Counted from the stretch's first letter, positions 30,892-41,591 are shown. The stretch is DNA of 61,361 nt from Aquificaceae bacterium (GCA_037924335.1 JAXSMZ010000006.1:1-61361); one strand, 5' to 3'. A program made the numbers and translations. Notes: generated by a model from the sequence alone, not told the origin.

Positions 30892-31782
30892 ATGGTAGTT
30901 AGGAAAGCTGTGCTTCCAGTGGCAGGATGGGGGACAAGGTTCTTACCTGCAACAAAGGCTATGCCAAAGGAGATGTTCCCAATAATAGACAAACCTGTTA
31001 TTCAGTTTATCGTTGAAGAATGCTTATCTGCTAACATTGAGAACATTATATTTGTTACTGGAAGGCATAAAAGACCCATTGAGCATCATTTTGATATAAA
31101 CACTGATTTAGAAAAGCATTTAGAACAGTGTGGGAAGTTGGTGTTGCTGAAAAATATAGTGGAAATAAGCAGGCTTATAAACCCTATATATGTTAGGCAG
31201 AAGGAGCAGCTTGGGCTTGGTCATGCCGTGCTTGTAGCAGAGCCTGTTGTGGGTTTTGAACCTTTTTTGGTAGCTCTCGGTGACATAATAATAAGGGAAG
31301 ATAGGAACGTATTAAAGAGGATGATGGAGGTTTACAACCGTTTTGGTAAGAGCGTCATAGCTGTTTTTGAAGTAGAGTACAAAGATATACACAAGTATGG
31401 AATCATAGATGGTAGGTACATAGAGGATGGTATATACATGGTGGATGACCTTGTGGAAAAACCAAAACCGGGGGATGCACCTTCAAACCTTGCCATAGTT
31501 GGGAGGTATCTCTTTACGCCTAAGCTGTTTGAAAAGCTCAAAGTCACTCCACCTGGAAAGGGTGGAGAGCTGCAGCTGACGGATGCTATAAAGCTTTTGC
31601 TTGAAGATGAAGCTGTCTATGCCATAAAGATAGAAGCAAAGGTTTACGACACTGGTACACCTCTTGGATACATACAAACTGTTCTCGACTTTGCTCTGCA
31701 GAGGGAGGAGCTAAAGGATGAGCTTCTCAAATACCTTAGAGAAATTCTCAATAGTAGTATCCTACGGATAGATAAAACTTAA
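30892..31782 (+). CDS. galU: UTP-glucose-1-phosphate uridylyltransferase
   Basis: PVAGWGTRFLPATKAMPKEM, LGLGHAV, VEKP, GELQLTDA. Confidence 0.95.
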   Translation: MVVRKAVLPVAGWGTRFLPATKAMPKEMFPIIDKPVIQFIVEECLSANIENIIFVTGRHKRPIEHHFDINTDLEKHLEQCGKLVLLKNIVEISRLINPIYVRQKEQLGLGHAVLVAEPVVGFEPFLVALGDIIIREDRNVLKRMMEVYNRFGKSVIAVFEVEYKDIHKYGIIDGRYIEDGIYMVDDLVEKPKPGDAPSNLAIVGRYLFTPKLFEKLKVTPPGKGGELQLTDAIKLLLEDEAVYAIKIEAKVYDTGTPLGYIQTVLDFALQREELKDELLKYLREILNSSILRIDKT

Positions 31783-34345
31783 GCTTTTTAAAAGCATCCT
31801 TTTCCAATGGCAGGGCTAAATCTAACCTTATAGGTCCTATGGGTGTCTTGATCCCCACGGCTCCTCCTGCATCCTTTTTGGGATTTTTCAGTGTTTGGTA
31901 GAGTTTATTCCCCACGTTTCCAGCATCAAAAAAAACTATTCCCACAAAGGGACCCTTTAGTGGAAATTCAAGATCAAGCCTTCCAAAGGTGTAATATTTC
32001 CCTCCCTGTGGTTGTCCTATACTCTCAAAGTCGTACCCTCTCATGTCCTTTATCCCACCAAGGAAGAATCTTTCAAATATGGGTGCTTTCTCACTTACAT
32101 AACCACCAGCCACCTTAAAGCTAAGATTCATGGTGTTTCTTATAGGTATTAAATAGAAGGTAGAGAGCTCAAACTTTTTATATTTCCTATCACCATAGGA
32201 CCTTGTGATGCTTATACTATCGTAATGAAGTCTTCTTGGGGAAAAGATATCGTCTTTGTACTCCCTAAGGAGAAAAATACCGTACTTGTTTATGTCTATG
32301 AGCTTTCCGAGTGCCGAGTTGGAAGTTCTTGAGATGACTGGTCCTATGGATATATTGTCCGTTATTCTGTAGCCAATGCTCAGAGTACCACCCCTTGATG
32401 TTAAAGTGTAGCTCCTATGCTCTTCGTAGTTTTTGAATATGGAAGATTTAAACCAAAGCCTTCTTGTAAAAAGAAAGTCATCGGAGAACTCAAGGTTGTA
32501 AAGCTCTCTTTTACCAGTCTTTCTGTACCTTAAGCCAGCATTTAAACCTATACCGAACAAGTTTTTCCATCCTAGAAAGGTATCAAAAGCTATCTTCTCC
32601 TCCGTGTTATAACCCAAAGACAGGTCAAACATTCCCCTTTTGTCCTCAGAGACCTGTATGAGTCTGTGAACTGCCTTGTTATCTTTGTCTAAAAAAGTAT
32701 CCACTTTCACACCGCTGAACAAACCGCTCATTATCATATTTTTTAACGTCTTATCGTTTAGGTCTTCTGAATAGTATCTACCCTTTAGGGTCATGTAGGA
32801 CATCTCTCTGTGTGTGGTGTGCCTAAAGCCATAGTAAACATCGTCTCCAAGCCTGTACCTTGGCCCTTCATCAACCGTATAGATATATGTGTAAAAGGTT
32901 GTATCCTGTGAATCCTCCAAAGAGACATCCGCGCGAAAGTCTCCTTCCATAAACCCCTTCTTTAGTAGGTACTTTTTTATATCAATGTTTAGGCTCTCTA
33001 TTATGCTCGTGTCGTAAAAGGTTGGTAGCTTACTGTTGTAGTTCTTGAACATTTTAATTAGCTCCCTATCTTCCCCTTTGTAGATAAACTCTTTAAGGAT
33101 CTGCCTTTTACCTCTTTTTATAATAACCTCTACGGTTGCTGTCTTTTTCTCCCTGTCCAACTTTAAGGAGTGAGACCCTTCGGCAAGCATGTATCCATCT
33201 CTCTTGAGCTTTTTTATTTCCTCATCGATGTATCTATCTATAAGGTCATAGTCGTAAGGGAAGGTTTTCCCTTCCATAATGGCTGTGTACCTTTGCCCTT
33301 CATCTATTTGAAAAGTTACCCTCTGACCGTGGAGTTCATAATTTACTCTTACATCAAAAAAACCCTTCCTTCTGTATTCCATCTCTATATTAACCTTTGC
33401 TTCTTCCAAGGAGAATGGGTCTATACCTTTCTCCTCCAATCCTGACCTTTCAACTAAGTACTGTGGCTTGAAGAAGGTTGCTCCTACCAAGTCTATCTGA
33501 TACCTCTTTCCTTCTATGATGCTAAAGACTGGATATGCTATATGACCTTTTCCTATCAGTGCTTTCCATGTTCCAATGGGATGAGAGAAAAAATTAGAAA
33601 GCCCTTCCGATAAAGAACCTATGACCCTTAAAGGTCTCTTTTCAACTCTTTCATCTTTAGGAAACAAAACATCAAAGAAGGGTTTTTCAGCTCTTTCAAG
33701 TCTTGTCCCCTTGAAGTAAACAAGGCTATCAAAAAAACCTTTACCTATGTAAACATCCTGAAGCTTGAATACCATATCTTCAAACTCACTCTCCTTTGCC
33801 ACTCTCCCTTTAACAATTCCAAGCTCCCTATTTAGTTCTTCACCATTTATGCTTGTTCCTTCGTATATTCCACCCCCTGTGAAGTACACATCCCCTTCAT
33901 CCACGCCTATGTAAAGGTCCACAAAGCCTTCTTCATCCATTTTTGATGTGACTGCAACATGAGCATCAAAGAACCCCTCATCCATATAAATCCTTTTCAA
34001 TCTTTCTTGTAGCTCTTCCTCTCTGATGTCCTTAAAAGGCATGCCCTCATAAAGTCCTAAACGGTCCCTTATGGAGCTGTTCCATAGAGCTACGTTCCCC
34101 TTTATTATAACCCTCCTGAGTATTGGATACCTTTCAACGTATACGTAAACATTCCCATCCTCTTCCATTAGGTACACATCTCTAACACCATCTATTTTTT
34201 TTATAACTTCAACCATATCCTTGTAGTTTTTGTCATTTATAACACTTTCCAAGTTGTTTCCAAGTAATGGAAAGTTGGATATTATATAAACTTTGCCCAT
34301 CGTGACCATTGGATACAGAAGGACTAAAAGATAGAGCATTATCAT
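31748..34345 (-). CDS. Omp85 family (BamA/TamA-like) protein with POTRA domains
   Basis: POTRA repeats, ERFFLGG, MRGY, TPIGPIRLD. Confidence 0.88.
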   Translation of the reverse strand: MIMLYLLVLLYPMVTMGKVYIISNFPLLGNNLESVINDKNYKDMVEVIKKIDGVRDVYLMEEDGNVYVYVERYPILRRVIIKGNVALWNSSIRDRLGLYEGMPFKDIREEELQERLKRIYMDEGFFDAHVAVTSKMDEEGFVDLYIGVDEGDVYFTGGGIYEGTSINGEELNRELGIVKGRVAKESEFEDMVFKLQDVYIGKGFFDSLVYFKGTRLERAEKPFFDVLFPKDERVEKRPLRVIGSLSEGLSNFFSHPIGTWKALIGKGHIAYPVFSIIEGKRYQIDLVGATFFKPQYLVERSGLEEKGIDPFSLEEAKVNIEMEYRRKGFFDVRVNYELHGQRVTFQIDEGQRYTAIMEGKTFPYDYDLIDRYIDEEIKKLKRDGYMLAEGSHSLKLDREKKTATVEVIIKRGKRQILKEFIYKGEDRELIKMFKNYNSKLPTFYDTSIIESLNIDIKKYLLKKGFMEGDFRADVSLEDSQDTTFYTYIYTVDEGPRYRLGDDVYYGFRHTTHREMSYMTLKGRYYSEDLNDKTLKNMIMSGLFSGVKVDTFLDKDNKAVHRLIQVSEDKRGMFDLSLGYNTEEKIAFDTFLGWKNLFGIGLNAGLRYRKTGKRELYNLEFSDDFLFTRRLWFKSSIFKNYEEHRSYTLTSRGGTLSIGYRITDNISIGPVISRTSNSALGKLIDINKYGIFLLREYKDDIFSPRRLHYDSISITRSYGDRKYKKFELSTFYLIPIRNTMNLSFKVAGGYVSEKAPIFERFFLGGIKDMRGYDFESIGQPQGGKYYTFGRLDLEFPLKGPFVGIVFFDAGNVGNKLYQTLKNPKKDAGGAVGIKTPIGPIRLDLALPLEKDAFKKLKFYLSVGYYY

Positions 34346-34368
34346 ATTACATGATATTTTAAGCTGTA

Positions 34369-35340
34369 CTACTTGGACTCTTCCAGTAGCTCCCTTTCTA
34401 TTTCTAAATAAACGTAATAGGCATTAACTGGGTTGACTTCAAAGAAGGCTCCCAGCTGTCCATACTCTGGGTCTATCTTGAGCATCTCATCGTTAGCTTT
34501 GTTTTTAACCTTCTCTATATCAAAACCCTCTTCGTACATCTTTTTTACAGTACGTCTTAGGTTTTCAATGTACGACTCTGTCCACGTTACCTGCTTCCTT
34601 ATGTTTTCTTTTCCTTTCAGGTAGGGGCCATGCCCAGGTAGTAAGACTTCTGGCTCCATCTTTATAATTCTGTCAAGGCAGTCTATCCAGGTCTTTGAGT
34701 TCCCTGAGCCAAGGAAGGGAACCCTTCCGCCAAAGACCAGGTCTCCAGCAAAGAGTATTTTTCTGGATGGCATGTACATGACTGTATCTCCGTTGGTGTG
34801 AGCTCTGCACCAGTGGTAAACCTCAAATCTCTCATCTCCCAAATGTAGTGTCAAGGAAGTGGAAGTGGTGATGTCTGGCTTTATCAGCTCTGTGCCTTGA
34901 AGCTCTTTTCCTAACAGGTTTTTTCTTGCCATGAACATCCTCTGAGCTTCCTCGCTAGAAAGGTACTCGTAAGCCCAAGGATGGGCTATGACTATGGCAC
35001 CCGTTTGCTTGAGAGCTCTCAGACCATAAAAGTGGTCCGTATGGTAGTGTGATACTACAATGAACCTTATGGATTTTTTAGTTTTGCTCCTTATAGTTTG
35101 ATAAAGCTCTTTACCAAGCCTATAAGTGCTGAGAGCATCAAAGACAACCACTCCATCATCTGTTATGACAAAGTAAGCGTTGGATATGAAACCTCTGTTT
35201 TCTTTGTTTACCTGTTCGTAAGTGCCAAAAACACCGTAGACGTTGGGTGCTATCTCTTTTAATGTCTCTTTTACATGCTTTGGATAATCCTTAGAGAAAG
35301 CCAAAAAAGCGGAAAGGAGCAAAAGAACCAGGAGCCTCAT
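34369..35340 (-). CDS. Periplasmic MBL-fold protein (SoxH-like)
   Basis: Signal peptide, NRGFISNA, SHYHTDH, AHT, GDLV, PGHG. Confidence 0.8.
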   Translation of the reverse strand: MRLLVLLLLSAFLAFSKDYPKHVKETLKEIAPNVYGVFGTYEQVNKENRGFISNAYFVITDDGVVVFDALSTYRLGKELYQTIRSKTKKSIRFIVVSHYHTDHFYGLRALKQTGAIVIAHPWAYEYLSSEEAQRMFMARKNLLGKELQGTELIKPDITTSTSLTLHLGDERFEVYHWCRAHTNGDTVMYMPSRKILFAGDLVFGGRVPFLGSGNSKTWIDCLDRIIKMEPEVLLPGHGPYLKGKENIRKQVTWTESYIENLRRTVKKMYEEGFDIEKVKNKANDEMLKIDPEYGQLGAFFEVNPVNAYYVYLEIERELLEESK

Positions 35341-36242
35341 TCCCCACTCACCTCTTTTATTGCAGCTTTTATGTCCTTGTCTGCCTTCTCAAAGACCTCT
35401 ATGGCTTCCTTTGGGAGATGTCTTCTGTAAAGTTTTATGAGCGTCTGTATGTTCACGTATCCAACTCCCACTGTACCATCCGGTTTCTCATAAAGATAGA
35501 TCCTGCATGGTGCTAAAGTTCCAAACTGGGGAAAGTCTCTGAGAATTCTTTCACCGTACGTTAGATTGCATGCAAGCATAAAGGAGTATTTGGGAGTCTG
35601 CATCCTTATGTCTTCAACGCTCAGGATGTTCATGTTGACACCATCGAGGGATGTCTTTAGAAACATCTTTGCATCGTCAAAGCTTAATCCTTTGAGCGTG
35701 TAAGAAGTTTCAAAGGATGCCTTTTTTAGATCGGTCATAAGCTTTTTAGCCTGTACTTTGCTAATGCCCTTTGGTCTTCCTAAGTTTCTCAGCACAGCTC
35801 TCAGGTCCCTGTAGACGTTTCTCATTAACCTTTTCTCTTCCTTTGATAGATCTTTTGAATACTTCATAATGTAAGGTCTTTCGTTTACTATGGTCATAGA
35901 CACGCTTCCATCCTTGTTCTGATATATGGCTATAGAACAGGGGATGAGGTTGCTCATAAAGGGTACTCTGATGAGGATGTCTTCTTTACCTTTTACATCA
36001 CAGGCGAGAAGGACTGTGTAGTTGGGAAAGTCTTTAGAACCCCTTGCCTTTATAGCCTCGGATATGGTAAGGGTTCGCAAGACAGGAAGACCCTTTTTGT
36101 TTAGCTTCTCCTTTAGCTCTTCAACAACGGATGAGAAGTCCTTTCCTTTTACTGTATAGGTGTAAAACATAAAGCTTGTGATGTCATGCGCTTTGGATAC
36201 AAGGGGGAGGATAAGGAAGAATGCTATCAGAAGCTTCTTCAT
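35337..36242 (-). CDS. Tandem DUF302 periplasmic protein
   Basis: Two repeats, each with LAC and PC.I..Y motifs. Confidence 0.8.
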   Translation of the reverse strand: MKKLLIAFFLILPLVSKAHDITSFMFYTYTVKGKDFSSVVEELKEKLNKKGLPVLRTLTISEAIKARGSKDFPNYTVLLACDVKGKEDILIRVPFMSNLIPCSIAIYQNKDGSVSMTIVNERPYIMKYSKDLSKEEKRLMRNVYRDLRAVLRNLGRPKGISKVQAKKLMTDLKKASFETSYTLKGLSFDDAKMFLKTSLDGVNMNILSVEDIRMQTPKYSFMLACNLTYGERILRDFPQFGTLAPCRIYLYEKPDGTVGVGYVNIQTLIKLYRRHLPKEAIEVFEKADKDIKAAIKEVSGE

Positions 36243-37996
36243 GTTCTCCTCCTTAACATAGCTTTTGTGTATCCTACCAATGGTGGTATATACTTGGCAT
36301 CAAGCACCTTTACGTTGGGTGTTGGGTCTACGTAAATATGCTTCTTCTTCCTTATGTATTCTATAAGTATGTCGTACACTGGGATCGGCTTGACGTCGGG
36401 AAGGAGCGTCTCTGGTGGAGGTGTGGGTCCACCGTAGACGGCTACAAGGTACTCTTTCTTTGGGTCTAATTCCCTGCCCTTTATCCAAGCCTTCTTTATC
36501 CTATGGCCTTGTTTGGCGTTTATCTCTATCTCATACTCAACGCCGTATAGCCTGGACATGTCCCCACCTTGCTGATAGAAGGGGTCTGGGTTAAAAACGT
36601 TATCTGCCACATCTTCCCAAACGGCCTTCAACTGCTCACCTGTTCTCTTCATAAGGTATACGTTGGGATAGGTTATGGCTGTAAAATCGTAAACATGCTC
36701 GACAGTTATCTTCTGACCTGGCAGCACGGTAGTCCCCCATCTGTAGCCTGGAGATGTCACCACATCAACACCATGGTAGTAGTCGGACAGGGCCATTCCT
36801 ACGAGTCTGTCAAAGGTGCTGAAGAAGGTGTCCCTCTTGTAAAGCATGACCTCTGCGATGCCTATTTCTTCAGAGAGTTTTTTCTCGTAGGGTTTATACC
36901 ACCTGTCTATGAGTTCCTGCGCTCCCTTATCGGAAGGTATTAAGTTGGAAGCTACGGGTATAAGCTTGAAGTTGTAGTTGACTATCTTACCGTTCCTTAT
37001 ATCTAAGTCCAGTCTGCCCACGTACTTGCCATGGGAGCCAGCTATGACTATCATTGTGTTCCCAACTAGATAAGGTTTTGGAGTTATATCATGGGTGTGC
37101 CCTGAGATGATGATGTCTATACCTTTTACCTTCTTTGCTAAAGCTACGTCAAGAGGTAGTCCATCATGGGAGAGCAGTATAACTGCATCTACCTTATGCT
37201 TGTTCCTTAGTTCATCGACAAACTTCTGCATCTGGTCTTCTCTTACTCCAAAGCTCCAACCCTCCACAAACTCCCTTGGGTTTGCTATGGGTGTGTAAGG
37301 GAAGGAGTTTCCTATGATGCCAAGCTTTACCCCACCAACTTCCCTTATGGAGTAGGGTTTGAATATGAGGTCTCCAAAGTCTGCATCTACAACGTTTTGG
37401 GATATGAACTCGGCTTTTAGCTCTTTTAGCCTTTCAAGGAACTTCTCTTTTCCAAGGGTAAAATCCCAGTGGGCCACCATGAGGTCATAGCCAGTATGGT
37501 TCATCCAATAAACTACCGCTTTACCATCTGTAAAGAGCCCTATGGCTGTTGTCACCCATGTGTCTCCGCCATCCAAAACGAGGACCTTATCTTTTCCCCT
37601 CTCGTCTACTATCTGCTTTATTATCCATGTTATGTGCTCACCGCCCCCCATCTTGCCAAACTTCCTTGCCAGCTCTGGGAAGCTCACGCTGGAGCTAAAG
37701 TAAGCCTCAAGGGTGTTGGGAGCTATTCTGTACATCTTCAGAAAATCCTCACCAGTAATGTATCCGGGTATTCCCTTCAGACCCTCAGGTGGAACTAGGT
37801 TTACAGGCTCGGCAAAGTAAAGGGGTCTCAGGTGGGCGTGTAAGTCTGTAGTAAAAACAAGGGTCACGTTTCCAACGCTTTTAAAAGATAGAAGGTCCTG
37901 TGCTCTTAACTTGGCAAGAGCGGAGACTGGGTCAAGGGCCGCAAAGGCCCCAGTTGCTATGGCAAGCTCTAAAAAGTCCCTTCTTGTAAGATGCAT
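36239..37996 (-). CDS. soxB: Thiosulfohydrolase SoxB
   Basis: Tat signal TRRDFL, TDLHA, DGGDTW, HWDF, SHDG, GHTH, QQGGDM. Confidence 0.95.
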   Translation of the reverse strand: MHLTRRDFLELAIATGAFAALDPVSALAKLRAQDLLSFKSVGNVTLVFTTDLHAHLRPLYFAEPVNLVPPEGLKGIPGYITGEDFLKMYRIAPNTLEAYFSSSVSFPELARKFGKMGGGEHITWIIKQIVDERGKDKVLVLDGGDTWVTTAIGLFTDGKAVVYWMNHTGYDLMVAHWDFTLGKEKFLERLKELKAEFISQNVVDADFGDLIFKPYSIREVGGVKLGIIGNSFPYTPIANPREFVEGWSFGVREDQMQKFVDELRNKHKVDAVILLSHDGLPLDVALAKKVKGIDIIISGHTHDITPKPYLVGNTMIVIAGSHGKYVGRLDLDIRNGKIVNYNFKLIPVASNLIPSDKGAQELIDRWYKPYEKKLSEEIGIAEVMLYKRDTFFSTFDRLVGMALSDYYHGVDVVTSPGYRWGTTVLPGQKITVEHVYDFTAITYPNVYLMKRTGEQLKAVWEDVADNVFNPDPFYQQGGDMSRLYGVEYEIEINAKQGHRIKKAWIKGRELDPKKEYLVAVYGGPTPPPETLLPDVKPIPVYDILIEYIRKKKHIYVDPTPNVKVLDAKYIPPLVGYTKAMLRRRT

Positions 37997-38008
37997 ACCA
38001 TACCCCCT

Positions 38009-38560
38009 TTACCTGTTTATGGGTGATTCGGGGCTTTGTAGATAAGCCACTATATCGGCTACCTCTTCTGGTGTTAGGATGCCGTGAACTCCAGCTCTGT
38101 ACATAACGCTGCATGGCACAAGAGCCCAAGAGTTGTATATCTTATCGTAGGTGTACTTAGCATCGTTCTGTTTTTTGCCATAAAACCTAAGAGTTGGTCC
38201 TATGTTACCGCATGCGAGCTCCTTTGGGTCTGCGCAGTGGCATGCGTAGCAGTTTCCTTTTCTGGTGTTAGAAAAGAGCTGCTCTCCCTTTTTCCAATCT
38301 CCCACAAGCTTTCCATTGGCTGGGTACCTTATGAGCTTTTTCTGCTCCTCAAAGAACTTCTGGACAAGGTCTGCTGACACTGTAGCCTGTGGGTTTGAGC
38401 AGAGCTTCTGTCCAAAGTCCTGCTTTATATCATCTTCAAAGGTTGGCTTTTTCTCTTCTACCTTAGCCTGAGGCTTTGGTACCTCTGACGGCTTTTCCTT
38501 CTTAACTGGTGCACACGCAAAGAGTATTACACTTCCAAAAAGTATCATGTTTTTCTTCAT
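38009..38560 (-). CDS. soxX: SoxX cytochrome c
   Basis: GNCYACH, GNIGP, ends SPESPINR; lipobox-like LFAC. Confidence 0.92.
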   Translation of the reverse strand: MKKNMILFGSVILFACAPVKKEKPSEVPKPQAKVEEKKPTFEDDIKQDFGQKLCSNPQATVSADLVQKFFEEQKKLIRYPANGKLVGDWKKGEQLFSNTRKGNCYACHCADPKELACGNIGPTLRFYGKKQNDAKYTYDKIYNSWALVPCSVMYRAGVHGILTPEEVADIVAYLQSPESPINR

Positions 38561-38573
38561 CTTTTATCCCTCC

Positions 38574-39347
38574 TTATCTGACAAATCCAGGAGTCTCTAT
38601 GATGCCACCGTTAGACTCGTAAGCCATATAGAGGCTAAGAGCTGTCTGAGCCCAGTGGAAGAAAGGCGGTGGTGTCACCCTTATCTGGTTATAGCATCCC
38701 CTTATCCTGTCTTCCATGGTCCAGAGCTGGTCGTTGGAGAACCTGTAAGCTGGCCAATGGACGGCTACCTTATCTTGCTTGACCCTTGCCAAAGACTGGA
38801 GTCTTATTCTCTGACCACCGAAGGTATCATGACATATAGCGCATGAAAAGTCCATTTTTCCAACTCTTGCGTACCAAAGTTCTTTCCCCTTTTGGTACAT
38901 CTCCTTCTCCTTAGGATTTTCCAATTTTACGTCCATCTTCATACCGTTGGAGAGAGTAGCCACGTATGTTGCTATGCTCTTAAAGTTGATGTCATGCTTG
39001 ACACCTTGAACTCCCATATACTTTTCCATGCAGAACTTCATCCTTGTGTCTAGGTCGGCAACGCCATCCATGTCTTTGTAGTATCTTGGCATGTGGGCAT
39101 AAGCTCCTTTTAAATACCTTCCATCTTGACCATGACAGGATGCACAGGACTTGCCTTGAGTTCCCATGGGTTTGTTAAACATATCTCTTCCCTGTTCAGC
39201 GTAAACTTCACCTGGAAGTACTCCCATCTCTTTTAGAAGGAGCTCCTTCTGCTTCTTTACCTCTTCTGCTGGATTTACCTCTTGCTGGGCAATAGCATAA
39301 ACACCTATTCCAGCCAAAGCTAAAGGTATAAACCAGAGCTTTCTCAT
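38574..39347 (-). CDS. soxA: SoxA diheme cytochrome c
   Basis: SCASCH and CAICH; WPAYR...RIRGC active-site Cys. Confidence 0.93.
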   Translation of the reverse strand: MRKLWFIPLALAGIGVYAIAQQEVNPAEEVKKQKELLLKEMGVLPGEVYAEQGRDMFNKPMGTQGKSCASCHGQDGRYLKGAYAHMPRYYKDMDGVADLDTRMKFCMEKYMGVQGVKHDINFKSIATYVATLSNGMKMDVKLENPKEKEMYQKGKELWYARVGKMDFSCAICHDTFGGQRIRLQSLARVKQDKVAVHWPAYRFSNDQLWTMEDRIRGCYNQIRVTPPPFFHWAQTALSLYMAYESNGGIIETPGFVR

Positions 39348-39362
39348 TTTTCACCCCCTCTC

Positions 39363-39692
39363 TTAAACAACGCTTATCTCAGCAGTCTTTTCCCATTTCC
39401 CACCTTTGTTGTCTTCGTAAACTATCTTAACTGTACCAGATTCTTCTACCTTTAGAGTCAATCCTATAAAGGGGTTTGCGCTTATCCCACCACCCATGTC
39501 TATGACTGAGACGGTCTTACTGTTAAAAAGAACCTCCAGCTTTGTAAGGTAATGGGCAGGGATCAGCTGTCCTGTCTGCGGGTCTTTTCTTGTTCCAGGC
39601 TCCATAGGATGGGTTATGACCATCTGCACCTTGACTATCTCTCCTTTCTTGGCTTCCTTTGGTACTCTCAGTATACCTGCACCTATAGCCAT
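39363..39692 (-). CDS. soxZ: SoxZ
   Basis: HPMEPGTRKD, IPAHY, ISANP. Confidence 0.95.
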   Translation of the reverse strand: MAIGAGILRVPKEAKKGEIVKVQMVITHPMEPGTRKDPQTGQLIPAHYLTKLEVLFNSKTVSVIDMGGGISANPFIGLTLKVEESGTVKIVYEDNKGGKWEKTAEISVV

Positions 39693-39726
39693 AATAAACC
39701 TCCTTTATAAAGATTTTTAGGGGTTT

Positions 39727-40173
39727 TTATCCACAACCACCTACTGTAACCTTTACTTCTTTCGTAGCCATAATATACGAACCATCCTTTAGCCTTAAGA
39801 TAGCCCTCACGTTGGAGGTTTGTCCCATCTTTATCCTTGTTGCAAAGTAAACCTTACCACTTATGGGTGTGAATTTTACGTCTGCGATCCAAGGGCTTGG
39901 ATTGTTATCTACGAATATCCACAGGCTGTCTACCTTTTCTATGGGTATGTCAGACTCTACGGATATGGGGACGTTGGCACCAGATTCAGCTATAGTTGGA
40001 GCTTGAAGCTTGATATCCGCAGATTCCTTGACCTGGGACAGAGAAACACCAAGCCTTTTTTGGATGTCTTCCTCCAGCTTGGATGCTGCAAAGGACTCTT
40101 TTACCAGTCCAGGGGCAAGCACAAAGCTTGCAATACCTACAACTGACAGTGTTAAAAACTGCCTCCTGTTCAT
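39727..40173 (-). CDS. soxY: SoxY sulfur carrier
   Basis: Tat RRQFL; C-terminal VKVTVGGCG. Confidence 0.96.
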   Translation of the reverse strand: MNRRQFLTLSVVGIASFVLAPGLVKESFAASKLEEDIQKRLGVSLSQVKESADIKLQAPTIAESGANVPISVESDIPIEKVDSLWIFVDNNPSPWIADVKFTPISGKVYFATRIKMGQTSNVRAILRLKDGSYIMATKEVKVTVGGCG

Positions 40174-40236
40174 ATCTACACCTCCTAAAAAGTTTTTACT
40201 TGCCTAAAGCCCTACTTACCTCTCCCTTTTTGTATG

Positions 40237-40647
40237 TCAGCACTTCTTTATATTTGACTTTTCGCATGCGTGTAATATCAATTTTATAAAGTCATCTTTA
40301 TTTCTACTACCAAAGATAATACTAACTGGTTTGGCTTGCTTAGGGTCGTAAATCACAAAGGTGGGAGTTCCAAATACGCCAAATTGTCTTGCCCATTTTC
40401 TACTTATGCTTGAGTCAGTGCTAAGAGATATTACAATAAAATTCTCCATATGTTTTGAAACGTCTTCATCCCCAAGAACAAAGGTTTCCATCTGTGTACA
40501 ATAAGGACAGTGCCCCGAGTGGAAATAGAACATAACCAATTTGCCTTCCCTTTGAGCTTCTTTTAAGCCTTCATCTGGGTCGGATGTCCAAAGGGCAAAA
40601 GAAAGGAGATTAAAAAATAAAAAGACATAAAAAAGTAATCTCTTCAT
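40237..40647 (-). CDS. Periplasmic thioredoxin (SoxW-like)
   Basis: CPYC and GTPT motifs; upstream of soxY. Confidence 0.75.
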   Translation of the reverse strand: MKRLLFYVFLFFNLLSFALWTSDPDEGLKEAQREGKLVMFYFHSGHCPYCTQMETFVLGDEDVSKHMENFIVISLSTDSSISRKWARQFGVFGTPTFVIYDPKQAKPVSIIFGSRNKDDFIKLILHACEKSNIKKC

Positions 40648-40793
40648 ACGGAAAGATAATAGTATAAAGCTTAGCTCTTTGCAATAAATTTTTCTTATAT
40701 GGTTATTAAAACGGCTTATTTTTCTTTTTCTCAATATTATTATATAATGAACTTGCCTTTGATGTTTTATGTTATTCGGATATTTTATAGTTT

Positions 40794-41591
40794 ATGATTG
40801 TTAAAAAACCTAATGTGGCTGGAGTTTTTTACCCTTCTGAGGCTCAAAGTCTGAGGGGCACAGTTAGCAGTTTTATAAAACATTCCCCCCTTTATACTTT
40901 AAAGCCAGTAGGATTTGTGGTGCCTCATGCTGGTTATGTATATTCTGGTTCAGTGGCCGGTGTGGTTTACAGACAGTTGGAGAACCTTGACCTTTCCAAA
41001 AGGTTTAGGGTTCTTTTGATAGGTCCTTCTCATTACTTCACTTTTGAAGGTGTCTCCTTTGGGAGCTACACACATTTTGAAACCCCATTAGGTACGGTGG
41101 AAGTTGATAGAGAGAGTGTAGAGAAGTTTGTTATAAGTAAAAGTCATGTTGTGACAAGCACAAGCAACGTAGCTTTTATGAAGGAGCACTCTCTTGAGGT
41201 TCATATTCCCTTCCTCCAGTTCATGCTCAAAGACTTCCTTTTGGTTCCTGTTATATACGGAGATATTTTAGCTAATCACATCAAGGAAGTTATAGAGTTC
41301 TTTTTAAGCTACGATGATACGATCTTTATAGTAAGCTCAGACCTTAGCCACTACCATCCTTACCATGTTGCAAAGGAAGTGGACAAGTTCTGTCATATAG
41401 GGGTTGAAAACTTGGATGAGGATACACTAAGAAGATGTGAGGCATGCGGTATAGTTGGCATAACTGGTGCTGTCTTGTACGCTAAGGAACAAAGACTTAA
41501 GGGAAAGCTTCTTGCCTACAAAACATCGGCGAATGCATCCGGTGAAAAGAGCAGTGTGGTTGGCTATGGTGGCTATGTTTTCACTTCATAA
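40794..41591 (+). CDS. amrB: AmmeMemoRadiSam system protein B (MEMO1 family)
   Basis: AGVFYP, PHAGYVYSG, GPSH, EHSLEV, SSDLSHY, VVGY. Confidence 0.9.
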   Translation: MIVKKPNVAGVFYPSEAQSLRGTVSSFIKHSPLYTLKPVGFVVPHAGYVYSGSVAGVVYRQLENLDLSKRFRVLLIGPSHYFTFEGVSFGSYTHFETPLGTVEVDRESVEKFVISKSHVVTSTSNVAFMKEHSLEVHIPFLQFMLKDFLLVPVIYGDILANHIKEVIEFFLSYDDTIFIVSSDLSHYHPYHVAKEVDKFCHIGVENLDEDTLRRCEACGIVGITGAVLYAKEQRLKGKLLAYKTSANASGEKSSVVGYGGYVFTS

